IMG/VR virus record: IMGVR_UViG_3300025451_000005
Location: 1-26,597 of that record
Length of the DNA: 26,597 nt
DNA from: a virus
Lineage: Duplodnaviria > Caudoviricetes
Reading direction: 5' to 3' (one strand)
This document shows positions 16,056 through 25,333 of this stretch, piece after piece. The position numbers and the translations under genes are program-made. Below the pieces are notes generated by a model. The model was not told the DNA's origin, searched no databases, and saw only the letters and a list, made by a program, of their open reading frames with translations. Numbering within the stretch: position 1 is the first letter of the stretch; each line of letters starts with the position of its first letter.

Positions 16056-16703
16056 ATGAAACATAGTTTATACACATTATCATTTGATGCACCCGATGGA
16101 CCAATAGTCTTTTATGTAGGTTGCACAAATAATCCCGATCGCAGGGCTCGCGAACATCGAACAAACCCATTTAATGAAAATCATGCTGAATACCAGACCT
16201 TCAAGTATCAGTTCTGTAGAATGCTGGCTGCAAAAGAGCAAGCATACAAATTGGATGTTATAGTTGATGATATTGGGTCTGATGAAGATTCAGAATACGA
16301 ATGGGTGTTAAATTTTGCACGCCATAACACTGAAAATGGTTATGAGTTCCTTAATGGCTACCCACTTACCAATATGAAAGCAGGCGACTTTCTTTCTGAG
16401 ATTATCAATCGACCAGAAGTGCGAACTGCCTCAGATATTAAAAAATACAAAGCAGACAAGATTGCAAAATTACGAGCCATATCTTATAAACGCAATAGAG
16501 AAATTGAAGGCCCTGTAAATCCAGCATGGACTGCATTAAAAGCAAAGATGGAAGTGGAAAGTGTTGCTTACATTGAGCAATGTGAAGAAAAGAGTCGTAA
16601 AAAGGCCCAAGCAAAGGCAGCAGAAATTGCAATGCTAACGTCTGAAGATAGAATGGCAAGATTGAAAGCAGAAACGAATCGTCTAGAACAACGATTATCA
16701 TAA
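16056..16703 (+). CDS. GIY-YIG-like nuclease domain protein
   Basis: SLYTL...FYVGCTNNPDRRAREH, later EYEWV and LTN, matching GIY-YIG motif order; charged helical C-terminus; AAGGA RBS. Confidence 0.7.
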   Translation: MKHSLYTLSFDAPDGPIVFYVGCTNNPDRRAREHRTNPFNENHAEYQTFKYQFCRMLAAKEQAYKLDVIVDDIGSDEDSEYEWVLNFARHNTENGYEFLNGYPLTNMKAGDFLSEIINRPEVRTASDIKKYKADKIAKLRAISYKRNREIEGPVNPAWTALKAKMEVESVAYIEQCEEKSRKKAQAKAAEIAMLTSEDRMARLKAETNRLEQRLS

Positions 16704-16710
16704 GTACAGT

Positions 16711-16888
16711 TGTAGCTTCAGCTATACTCTTTGACATTTACGAACCAACAAAGGCCTTCACTGGCCTTTCGCGGTGTAAGCAGCCTTCGTAAGCAGCTAA
16801 CCCGTCCATAGCAAGTATGGTGGGCCTACGTCAAAGAGGAAAAAGATTTCCAAGGACCAAAAATCGTGTAGCCTATTTCTGGCTATGC
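16711..16888 (+). ncRNA. Candidate multi-stem structured RNA/leader upstream of primase
   Basis: Nested stems 16727-35/16830-38, 16738-44/16786-92, 16750-56/16763-69, 16806-10/16816-20; flanking hairpins 16712-25 and 16866-88. Confidence 0.55.
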
Positions 16889-16909
16889 TAACCAACCTAA
16901 GGAAATTAA

Positions 16910-17866
16910 ATGAAAATATCCTGCAATCCAAACATTATTGGCAAACCTGCCAAAGATGCATTTGTGGATTTGGGAAATAACTGGATGAACATTGAAGCTG
17001 ATTGGTCAGAAATATTTGAATTGATCACAATTGATGGCTACGCTACAAGTGCTGAACTAACAAATGAAAATCGTAAAGAAGCAAACTTTGCTTCTAGACA
17101 ATTGCTAATGGTAGATATTGACAGTGGAATGACTATCCCTGAACTATTTGCCCATGAGTTTTATAATGCGTTTGGCGCTGGCTTTTATGCTACTCCATCA
17201 TTCACCCCTGAATTACATAAATTTCGTATTTGCTTTATATTAGAAGCAGCCGAAACAGATGTTAATAGACTGCGAAAAATCAATCGTGGATTATTGAAAG
17301 TGTTTGGGGCAGCTGATGAAGCATGTAAAGATCCTACCAGATTATTTTATAGCACACCCAATTGCACTTTATGCGAACGCTCTGATAGGGTACTAGCTAA
17401 TTGGGTAGTGAATGAACTTGTTGCAGTTATTGATGCAGATGATGCCGAGTCTGCAGAAGCGATGACGCAATTTAAAGGGCCTGCTCCTAAATTAAATGAT
17501 GCTCAACGACAACGCATCTTAGATCTACTAAAACAAACTTATCTTGGCAGTTACACCTTGTGGCGTAATATTGGATGGGGGCTCAAAGCTGGCGGCTTCT
17601 CAATGGGCGACTTTCAATATGTAACAACTGGTATAATGAGCCAAAAGACTCCGAGCGATGCTGCAAAAGTTTGGGCAGATGGGGGTCAGGTTGGCAAGCC
17701 AGTTACAATGGGAAGTGTTATACACTTGCTGAAAGAAAAGCACGGGGCAGATTGCTTGCGTGATCAGACTCATGTGATCAAGCGTATAGAATATTTGCAT
17801 CAGATGAATCAGGTAGCAGAAATTAGAAAATATATTAAGGAATTAGAAAATGAATCAAAATATTAA
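16910..17866 (+). CDS. AEP-superfamily primase (prim-pol) with PriCT-2-like C-terminal domain
   Basis: LLMVDID (DxD), YATPS...KFRICF, DEACKDPTRLFY, YTLWRNIGWGLK. Confidence 0.78.
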   Translation: MKISCNPNIIGKPAKDAFVDLGNNWMNIEADWSEIFELITIDGYATSAELTNENRKEANFASRQLLMVDIDSGMTIPELFAHEFYNAFGAGFYATPSFTPELHKFRICFILEAAETDVNRLRKINRGLLKVFGAADEACKDPTRLFYSTPNCTLCERSDRVLANWVVNELVAVIDADDAESAEAMTQFKGPAPKLNDAQRQRILDLLKQTYLGSYTLWRNIGWGLKAGGFSMGDFQYVTTGIMSQKTPSDAAKVWADGGQVGKPVTMGSVIHLLKEKHGADCLRDQTHVIKRIEYLHQMNQVAEIRKYIKELENESKY

Positions 17867-19217
17867 AGACATGCTGGCGCATTTGCCAGCGGATCAACTT
17901 CAAGCAGTGTTAGATACACTGAATCCTAAGAAGATTGCGTTTCCAGATATTACAGATAAGCGCACCCCAAGACTTACTTTAGAAAATCATAAAACATTGT
18001 TTGCATTTTATAACGTTACTATTCGTTATAATGAAATGACTAAGGATTATGAAATTGATATCCCAGGAAAAGCATTCCACAAAGACACTGAACTTAATGC
18101 TAAGATAGCGCAACTTAGAGACTTTTGTCATATGCAAGGCCTAGGGGTTAGTGAACTAGAAGCATTCATCACTTTAGTAGGCACAGAAAATTCTTATCAT
18201 CCTGTTCGTGACTTTATTGATGCGCAAACCTGGGATGGGCAAGATAGATTGACACAATGGTATGACAGCGTGGAGTTAATTGCTCCTAACGCAATGAAGA
18301 ATGTTATGATGTACAAATGGGCCTTGAGTGCTGTGGCTGCGCTGTATTATGACAACTTCAGTTGCGAAGGTGTGCTTACATGGCAGGGGCAACAGGGTCT
18401 GGGTAAGACTATCCAAATTGAAAATATTATCCCGCGTGAGTTCCATAATAAATGGAACAAGGATGCAGTTGTTCTTGACATGAGCAATAAAGATACTATC
18501 TTCAAAGCCTTGGGTTATTGGATCACAGAACTGGGCGAGTTGGATGCTACCTTTAAGAAAAGTGAAATGGAAGCTCTTAAAGGCTTCATCACTGAAAAAG
18601 TAGATATGCTACGTCCACCTTATGAACGCAAGGCCAACAAGTATGCAAGACGCACTGTATTTTATGCATCTGTAAATGAATCAGAATTTTTACAAGATGA
18701 AGAAAATCGTCGATTCTGGGTCCTGGCTGTGCATAAGTTTCATCATGCACAAATTGATTGTGCTCAATTTTGGGCACAAATGAAACATTGTTATGTGCAA
18801 ATTGCAGATCTGATTCGCACTGCCAGTGATCGTGAAGCAAATCAAGAGTGGGGATGGTTTATGAGTCCAGTAGAACGAGCACAAATGAAACCCCTACAAG
18901 CATCATTTAAAGCAATTGATCCTATTGAACAAACACTAGATGCTGGAGTTATTTTGGCAACTGGAGCACATAGTCCCGGTGAATTAATGAATGCTACTGA
19001 AATCTTAGGTGCTCTGGGTTGGGGTAAGCCCACAAAACGAGATCTGAATGTTGCTGGAAAATGGATGAGAGCACATGGTTATACTCAAAATAGTCGTTGG
19101 CAGTTCAGAGTAGAACTACAATTTCCAGACCATTCTTATAAATTTCCTGGAGAGGAAGCCGCATTGGCCAAGGCAATTCGGAACAGAAAGCCACCTACTA
19201 CGGGGAGATTTGACTAA
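17850..19217 (+). CDS. VapE-like P-loop ATPase/helicase
   Basis: YHPVRDF...WDGQDRL, Walker A GQQGLGKT, Walker B ELGELD, LKGFIT...RPPYER, ENRRFW; C-terminal wHTH-like segment. Confidence 0.88.
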   Translation: MNQNIKDMLAHLPADQLQAVLDTLNPKKIAFPDITDKRTPRLTLENHKTLFAFYNVTIRYNEMTKDYEIDIPGKAFHKDTELNAKIAQLRDFCHMQGLGVSELEAFITLVGTENSYHPVRDFIDAQTWDGQDRLTQWYDSVELIAPNAMKNVMMYKWALSAVAALYYDNFSCEGVLTWQGQQGLGKTIQIENIIPREFHNKWNKDAVVLDMSNKDTIFKALGYWITELGELDATFKKSEMEALKGFITEKVDMLRPPYERKANKYARRTVFYASVNESEFLQDEENRRFWVLAVHKFHHAQIDCAQFWAQMKHCYVQIADLIRTASDREANQEWGWFMSPVERAQMKPLQASFKAIDPIEQTLDAGVILATGAHSPGELMNATEILGALGWGKPTKRDLNVAGKWMRAHGYTQNSRWQFRVELQFPDHSYKFPGEEAALAKAIRNRKPPTTGRFD

Positions 19218-19408
19218 TTTGCAGCAAAAGATGCTGTATTGTGCAGCGTCTTTTTCTGGTGATCCTGTAGACTTTTTCGTGTCTAGCGGTGTCGCCCATG
19301 CTGGTTTGCAGCAAGTACAATATAAAACAACAAAAATAATTATTATATACAAAGTATAGCTTAGTGTACTAGGTTACACGTGTGTACTTGTCGCTGCTGC
19401 TGTAAATT
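19216..19408. other. Putative replication origin
   Basis: Non-coding, right after the helicase; TTTGCAGCAA twice (19218, 19305), GCAGC/GCTGC units in opposite orientations, CAAGTACA/TGTACTTG around an AT-rich core. Confidence 0.5.
19226..19255 (+). terminator. Intrinsic terminator-like hairpin after helicase
   Basis: AAAAGATGCTGTA-TTG-TGCAGCGTCTTTTT (13 bp with two G-U pairs). Confidence 0.7.
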
Positions 19409-19426
19409 TAAGAAAGAACCAAAATT

Positions 19427-19708
19427 ATGATAAAATATCCAATTAGCCGTAGAGACTTGTTTAGAACAGTTATGATTAAGATACCAGCAGCTGGTGTGAG
19501 TTTTCAAGATCCTGTGCTACAAGACTTTTATACAGATCATCTTAACGGACTTTGCACTTTTGAAGTTGTGAATACTGAAGTGCGAACTGTGCTGGACAAG
19601 ATTAAAGACTTAGGCAAGCCGGGCCAATACAGTGTTGAACAAACGCATCTGGTGCATATCAGTTATACAGATCCAGTATTAGAATTTGAACGTAGACTCA
19701 GTGTATAA
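19427..19708 (+). CDS. Hypothetical protein
   Basis: 93 aa ORF filling the gap on the coding strand; no recognised motif. Confidence 0.6.
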   Translation: MIKYPISRRDLFRTVMIKIPAAGVSFQDPVLQDFYTDHLNGLCTFEVVNTEVRTVLDKIKDLGKPGQYSVEQTHLVHISYTDPVLEFERRLSV

Positions 19709-19765
19709 GTACAGCACAAGCCTACCTTAGGCCTGCCGCAAGTTTGCATGTTTGAACAGCGGATT

Positions 19766-19802
19766 AGAATGCCCCAGCTCTTGCAGGCTTATGGGGCATT
19801 CT
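19766..19802. repeat. 11-bp perfect inverted repeat upstream of terS
   Basis: AGAATGCCCCA (19766-76) / TGGGGCATTCT (19792-802). Confidence 0.85.
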
Positions 19803-19820
19803 TCTGATCAGCACTCGTCA

Positions 19821-19826
19821 TAAGTA
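19821..19826 (+). promoter_or_regulatory. Putative late promoter TAAGTA giving a leaderless terS transcript
   Basis: CATAAGTA-ATAGT-ATG; no Shine-Dalgarno visible; the same motif recurs at other gene boundaries. Confidence 0.5.
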
Positions 19827-19831
19827 ATAGT

Positions 19832-20368
19832 ATGGATAAAGAACAAAATATTCCCCCATTTGAGAATCGTATTTTTAAAATGGCACAGGCACGTGTTAAT
19901 GAACACAATGCTGCACTCGAGTCTCGAGTGTATAACAAGCCAGGTCCCAAGACTGGACACACAGTTGAAATCACCAAGCAAGCCATTGTAGTAGGCCGTA
20001 ATAAAGTGCCAGTTCCCGCTGATGAAGTAGAGCATATGGCGTCTCTGGGTTGCACTGATAAAGAAATTGCGCAATATTTTGGTGTAACAGAAGATGCTAT
20101 ACGCAGACATTTTGCCGTTTTTATGATAAAAGGCAGACATCAGCTTAGGACCACTTTACGTCAAGCACAATTACGAGTAGCACTAGAAGGCAATCCAACC
20201 ATGTTAATCTGGTTAGGCAAGAACATGCTGAGTCAGAGTGATTCTGGTCAGGCCAATGATGACAATCGTCCTCTTCCTTGGACCGACGAAATGGATGATG
20301 ATGTGTCTGATTTAGAAGATGAAGACGACGCAGTTGAAGTTACAGAGGCTTCTAATGCGACCACTTAG
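19832..20368 (+). CDS. terS: Terminase small subunit
   Basis: HTH LGCTDKEIAQYFGV, LRQAQ...GNPTMLIWLGKNMLSQ, acidic tail; upstream of TerL. Confidence 0.8.
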   Translation: MDKEQNIPPFENRIFKMAQARVNEHNAALESRVYNKPGPKTGHTVEITKQAIVVGRNKVPVPADEVEHMASLGCTDKEIAQYFGVTEDAIRRHFAVFMIKGRHQLRTTLRQAQLRVALEGNPTMLIWLGKNMLSQSDSGQANDDNRPLPWTDEMDDDVSDLEDEDDAVEVTEASNATT

Positions 20369-20567
20369 ACAAAGTCATGATATGTTAATACAAAGTTCTG
20401 AAGGTTATGAAGTCACTGCCACGTTACAATGGCTGAGTCCAGAGCAGATACAATTTAAGATCATCCGTAGTGATTTTAGTCTTGGCATTGCCACTGCTGA
20501 GTATTACATGCGTCCAGAAGACTTAATGAAGTTGGCTGACCATATTAATGATGTGCTGTGTAGATAA
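20355..20567 (+). CDS. Small hypothetical protein between terS and terL
   Basis: Likely start ATG 20355 after GAGG; stop abuts the terL ATG. Confidence 0.55.
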   Translation: MRPLRQSHDMLIQSSEGYEVTATLQWLSPEQIQFKIIRSDFSLGIATAEYYMRPEDLMKLADHINDVLCR

Positions 20568-21806
20568 ATGGCATTAAGTGTCAAGCAGCAACTGATAGCT
20601 GACAGCAAGACTCGCTTTCGTGTAGTACTTGCTGGGCGTCGTGGCGGAAAAACATTCCTGGCCATGCGTGAAGTTTGTAGGTTTGCTGCCAAGCCCAACT
20701 CAGTAGTATGGATGTTGGCCAGTAGTCGTCAACAGATTAAAAGTTTATGCTGGAGTAAGTTGAAGAAGAAGTTATCTAAGTTGAATTGGATTACTTCAAC
20801 CAATGAATCAGAACTTACTATTACTTTAAAGAACAACAGTCTGATATGTTTAAAGTCAGCTGAGCAAGGTGATAACCTGCGTGGTGAAAGTTTAGACTTT
20901 GTTTGTATAGATGAGTTCTGTGACATTGACTTAGAAGAAATCTTTTATCAGATCATTCGCCCTGCACTGTCAGATAAAAAGGGTTCTGCACTGTTCACTG
21001 GCACTCCTAAGGCTGGCAACCAGGCTGCAAGGGATTTATACGACAACCATCTTACTAAAAAGAATTGGGCATCATTTTCATACACCACAGCTGATGGCGG
21101 CTTTGTGGATGCAGAAGAGATTGAACAAGCACGTCAAGACTTATCACCCAAAGTGTTTAGTCAAGAATACCTGGCAAATTGGGAAAACTTTGCCGGTGTT
21201 ATCTTCAATGAGTTTGGTGAGCACAATATTCGTGAAGTACGCAAGCCGGGACCGTCTGAACCTATTCTGGTAGGGATGGACTTTAACGTAACGCCAATGA
21301 GCGTTGTGTTAGGTCGACAGATATCAGGGGGAGTTGAGATTTACGATGAGATATACATTGAGAATTCAAATACCACTGAGATCATTGCTGAGATACGCAG
21401 TCGTTATCCTAATAACCCTATTGTGGTGTTCCCTGACCCCGCTGGTGTGCAACGTAAATCAAGTGCTGGTGGTAACACTGACATCAAGCTGTTGGAGATT
21501 GCTGGCTTTCAAACACGCTATCATAGACAGCATCCACTTGTTAGAGATAGAATAAATTCTGGCAACAGTTTATTCTTCAAACGTGATGACGGCAGCACAC
21601 GCTTTTACATTGATCCCGTTTGTAAAAAGACCATTGCTTGCTTGAAGAACTGGGCATACAAGCCCGATACTATGACACCAGACAAGAATTCGGGCTTCGA
21701 CCATGGATGTGATGCATTGACCTATATGGTTCAATTCTTATATCCAATCGTAAAACCAACCACGCCAAGTGCGCCGCAAAGATTCGGACACGCCCTGGCT
21801 AAATAA
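20568..21806 (+). CDS. terL: Terminase large subunit
   Basis: AGRRGGKT Walker A, LRGESLDFVCIDE Walker B, FTGTP, nuclease motifs GMDFN, DPAG, DHGCDALTY. Confidence 0.96.
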   Translation: MALSVKQQLIADSKTRFRVVLAGRRGGKTFLAMREVCRFAAKPNSVVWMLASSRQQIKSLCWSKLKKKLSKLNWITSTNESELTITLKNNSLICLKSAEQGDNLRGESLDFVCIDEFCDIDLEEIFYQIIRPALSDKKGSALFTGTPKAGNQAARDLYDNHLTKKNWASFSYTTADGGFVDAEEIEQARQDLSPKVFSQEYLANWENFAGVIFNEFGEHNIREVRKPGPSEPILVGMDFNVTPMSVVLGRQISGGVEIYDEIYIENSNTTEIIAEIRSRYPNNPIVVFPDPAGVQRKSSAGGNTDIKLLEIAGFQTRYHRQHPLVRDRINSGNSLFFKRDDGSTRFYIDPVCKKTIACLKNWAYKPDTMTPDKNSGFDHGCDALTYMVQFLYPIVKPTTPSAPQRFGHALAK

Positions 21807-21827
21807 ATCAATTAAGGATCTATACCT

Positions 21828-23222
21828 ATGGATATCGTCATTTCTCAGGACTATGCAGAAGCAGCTGGTTCAAATGCATTACACAACCGTTCTCGAGACC
21901 GTTGGATCTTTCTTCACGACAGCTATGTTGGCGGTGATGAATACAAACGTGGCGGCTATCTCACACGCTACCAACTTGAAAGTGAAGGCGAATACACTCA
22001 GCGCTCTGCTGTGACGCCACTAGACAATCAATGTCGTAGTATTATTGCTACCTATATCAGCTTTATGTTTAGACTGCCACCAGAACGCACTTATGGTAGC
22101 TTAGACACTGAACCCACACTACCAGACTTCTTACAAGACTGTGATTGGGAAGGGCGCGACCTAGACAGTTTTATGAAACAAGCAGCAATCTACGCCAACA
22201 TCTTTGGCCATACATGGATTGTTATGAGTAAGCCTGATGTTGGTGCTGTTACTCGTGCAGATGAATTATCACAAGGCGTGCGTCCGTATCTAAATTTATT
22301 AACTCCACTTGCTGTTACAGATTGGAAGTGGGCTCGTAGACTTAATGGCAGTTATGAACTTGTGTATCTCAAGTATGTTGAAGATACAAATGATACGGTC
22401 ACAGTAATCAAAGAATGGACTAAAGAAACTGTTACTACAAGTCATCTTAATCATGACAAGCAAATCATTTCAGACCGTCTTGAAGAACTCAATGGCTTGG
22501 GAATGATTCCAGCAGTTATCATGTATGCACACACAAGTTCAGTACGTGGCATGGGACTAAGCACTATCACTGACATTGCAGATGCACAGAAGTTTATCTT
22601 CAACATGACATCAGAAGCTGAACAAGCTGTGAGACTTGGATCTCACCCAAGTTTAGTTAAAACACGTGAAACCAATGCTGGATCAGGCGCTGGTAGCATC
22701 ATTGAAATGCCAGACAACATGGATCCAAACTTGAAGCCTTATGTGCTAGAATTTAATGGGCAAGAAATCAGTAGCATTTATACTGCAATCAATAGTACAA
22801 TCTCCAGCATTGACAAAATGGCCAACACTGGTAGTGTTCGTGCTACAGAAACTAAAACAATATCAGGCGTAAGTCGTGAAGTAGAATTTCAATTGCTTAA
22901 TGCTCGTTTAAGTGAACAAGCAGACAACATTGAGCTTGCTGAAGAACAATTATGGCAAATCTACGCAGCGTATCAAGACGCTGTCTGGGATGGAGAGATT
23001 ACATATCCAAGCAGCTTTGCTATACGTGATACTGCCAATGAACTTGAGCAGCTTATCAAAGTTTATAGCACAGTGCAAGACCCACTTGCTAAGTTAGCCA
23101 TTGAACACGAGCTGCTTGAATTGCTTGATGTGGAAGTTGAAGAAGTCGTTATTGGAATTGCAGTTGAACAGACTGTAGTAGAAGATATGGCTGAAGAAAC
23201 CAATACCGATCTCCAGGACTAA
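21828..23222 (+). CDS. Portal protein
   Basis: 464 aa after TerL; YVGG...YL, NQCRSII, NGLGMIPAV, GLSTITDIADAQ, SGVSREVEF; SPP1 gp6-like pattern. Confidence 0.88.
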   Translation: MDIVISQDYAEAAGSNALHNRSRDRWIFLHDSYVGGDEYKRGGYLTRYQLESEGEYTQRSAVTPLDNQCRSIIATYISFMFRLPPERTYGSLDTEPTLPDFLQDCDWEGRDLDSFMKQAAIYANIFGHTWIVMSKPDVGAVTRADELSQGVRPYLNLLTPLAVTDWKWARRLNGSYELVYLKYVEDTNDTVTVIKEWTKETVTTSHLNHDKQIISDRLEELNGLGMIPAVIMYAHTSSVRGMGLSTITDIADAQKFIFNMTSEAEQAVRLGSHPSLVKTRETNAGSGAGSIIEMPDNMDPNLKPYVLEFNGQEISSIYTAINSTISSIDKMANTGSVRATETKTISGVSREVEFQLLNARLSEQADNIELAEEQLWQIYAAYQDAVWDGEITYPSSFAIRDTANELEQLIKVYSTVQDPLAKLAIEHELLELLDVEVEEVVIGIAVEQTVVEDMAEETNTDLQD

Positions 23223-23250
23223 ATAGAATACCAGGGTAAGCGATTACCCT
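23220..23250 (+). promoter_or_regulatory. Putative late promoter TAAATA plus GNRA-loop hairpin before the scaffold/capsid genes
   Basis: TAAATA 23220-25; AGGGTAA-GCGA-TTACCCT 23233-50. Confidence 0.5.
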
Positions 23251-23287
23251 ACTTTAACCATACGGCTAAGACCCGGCAAAGGACACA

Positions 23288-23962
23288 ATGACCGATACAA
23301 ACATTGGCAACGTAGCAGATACTGATACAGCTACTCAAACTCTAAATCAGGCAGAAAAGACTTACTCTCAACGTGAAGTAGATGACCTAATGGCCCGCAC
23401 TAAAAGTGCAGTTCAGAAGAAAGCATTGAAACCATATGAGGACTTAGGTGATCCAGAGACTATTCGTGGGGTGCTGTCACAGCATCAACAACGCGAACAA
23501 GAAACTGCACTCAAGCGTGGTGAGTTTGACAAAGTTATGAGTGACTTGGCCTCCAAGAAGGATGCTGAAATCTCAAAACGTGATGCGATCATTCGTGAAT
23601 TTAAAGTTGAACAACCTTTGATCAACTTGGCTGCACAATATCGTAGCGTGAACCCAGAACAAGTTAAGCAATTGCTTAAACCTAATCTGCGTTTAAATGA
23701 AGATGGTGATGTTGAAGTTCTTGATCCCAAGACTGGCAGCGTCAGGTATGACGACAATGGTTCTCCACTAAGCGTGGACAAATATGTTAAGGCCTTTCTC
23801 GACGAGAACCCACACTTTACTTCCGCTACACCTGCAACAAGTAACACTCAAGGAAATGTAAATAAGTCAGTTGGTGCGCCAATTGATTTAAAGACTTTAG
23901 ATCTAACACGCCCTGATCACAGAAAAATATATGCCGAAGCAAGACGCAACGGCAAAATTTAA
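23288..23962 (+). CDS. Capsid scaffolding protein
   Basis: KTYSQREVD motif, coiled coil, FLDENPHF; immediately upstream of the capsid gene. Confidence 0.8.
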   Translation: MTDTNIGNVADTDTATQTLNQAEKTYSQREVDDLMARTKSAVQKKALKPYEDLGDPETIRGVLSQHQQREQETALKRGEFDKVMSDLASKKDAEISKRDAIIREFKVEQPLINLAAQYRSVNPEQVKQLLKPNLRLNEDGDVEVLDPKTGSVRYDDNGSPLSVDKYVKAFLDENPHFTSATPATSNTQGNVNKSVGAPIDLKTLDLTRPDHRKIYAEARRNGKI

Positions 23963-23979
23963 TTTAAAGGTAAAATAAA

Positions 23980-24804
23980 ATGGCTTACAATACAGCATAT
24001 GACTTAGCCGGCTTCATGGTAAACACCAAAGCAGCCGCAGTTTACGCAGCACAAGAATCTTCATTGTTCTTGGGCGGCATGACAATCCCACAAATCCAGG
24101 TTCCAGCAGGTTCCATCACAGCACAACTTCCATTGTTGGGCGCTGTTACAGCACAAAAGTTAACTAGTGCATCTCACGATGTTACTGACTTTGATGCATT
24201 GGGTATCACCAGCGTTTCTAAAACAATCACAGCAAACATCTATGCTGCTCGTGACGTTGTTCGTGACCTTGGTAACATTGACCCTAACGAACTAGGCCGT
24301 GTGCTTGGTAACTCAGTATCCGCTGCTTTTGACAAAGACGTAGTTGCCGCAATGAGTGGCTTGACTGCTAGTGCAGACACAGGCACATTGACATTGAATG
24401 CAATTTTTGATGCAGTTGCACAGATCCGTGGCGCTGGTGAAACAGGTCAGTTGTATGGCGTTCTTGGAACAGCCGCTGCTGCTGAGTTGATGAAAGTTAT
24501 TGGTAGCACAGCTTATGCTGGTGGTGCAATGCAGAATGAAGCAATGGCCAACGGTTTTGTTGGTCAAGTTGCTGGTGTTCGTTTTTACCAATCAGCTTTT
24601 GCTACAGCCACTATCTCTGGTGTAACTGGTTTCAAAGGCGCCATCTTTGGTGTTGACGCAATGCGTATCGCCATGTTCAAGAACGTTGACTTAGAAGTTC
24701 AACGCCGTGCTGCTGCTGTTGGTAATGACATCGTTGCTTCATTGCACGCTGGTGTTGGCCTTGTTGACGCTGCTCGCGGTGTTAAGTTAGTTGACGCAGC
24801 TTAA
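23980..24804 (+). CDS. Major capsid protein (HK97 fold)
   Basis: 274 aa; GRVLGNSVSAAFDKDV, GFVGQVAGVRFYQS, LEVQRRA...DIVASLHAGVG; strongly biased codons; synteny. Confidence 0.88.
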   Translation: MAYNTAYDLAGFMVNTKAAAVYAAQESSLFLGGMTIPQIQVPAGSITAQLPLLGAVTAQKLTSASHDVTDFDALGITSVSKTITANIYAARDVVRDLGNIDPNELGRVLGNSVSAAFDKDVVAAMSGLTASADTGTLTLNAIFDAVAQIRGAGETGQLYGVLGTAAAAELMKVIGSTAYAGGAMQNEAMANGFVGQVAGVRFYQSAFATATISGVTGFKGAIFGVDAMRIAMFKNVDLEVQRRAAAVGNDIVASLHAGVGLVDAARGVKLVDAA

Positions 24805-24826
24805 TTCTTAATAGGACGAGATCACG

Positions 24827-25333
24827 ATGTCATTTAACTACAATGGTGCAACTTTTGTCAGCTTTGCTGTTACAGGCGAACTTGATGATCGTGATCAACG
24901 ACTATTTGAATCAAACGAAGGTTTAACTACAGAAATTGTAGATGGTCTTTTAGCTCAAGCCAGTCAGCGTATCTTAACACAAATAAGAAACTCTGATTGG
25001 TGGAGAGACTATCAGTTTAGTAACGATAGCGCATTACAAAATGATGTGCGTTCGTTGCCTGCTGTTAATCCAGATAAGATCAAAGCCAGACAACAGGAAT
25101 TTAAAGATATGAATATCTACTTTGCTTTTGCAGAATATATCTATCCAAGAGTTGCTGATTTTGGTAATGAAACTGATGCTGGAATACAAAAGATTAAATT
25201 TTACCGCGACCAATACATTGCTTTATTTGAAGAAGTGTTGCAGTCCGGCGATTGGTATGATTTTGATGGAGATGCCACAGTTGAAAAAACTGAGAAGCGT
25301 CCTGTTAAACTTAACCTGGTCAGAATCCGATGA
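24827..25333 (+). CDS. Putative head-tail adaptor
   Basis: 168 aa, helical, directly after the capsid gene; C-terminal YDFDGDATVEKTE (EF-hand-like DxDGD). Mainly synteny. Confidence 0.6.
   Translation: MSFNYNGATFVSFAVTGELDDRDQRLFESNEGLTTEIVDGLLAQASQRILTQIRNSDWWRDYQFSNDSALQNDVRSLPAVNPDKIKARQQEFKDMNIYFAFAEYIYPRVADFGNETDAGIQKIKFYRDQYIALFEEVLQSGDWYDFDGDATVEKTEKRPVKLNLVRIR

Noticed and set aside
16731-16760. Sigma70 promoter at TTGACA 16731
   Set aside because: No -10 element at 16-18 bp spacing; the hexamer is part of a stem.
15797-16909. Group I intron carrying the GIY-YIG ORF
   Set aside because: No interrupted host gene (flanking genes look complete) and I could not find P7/R-S core sequences; a covariance search would be needed to exclude it fully.
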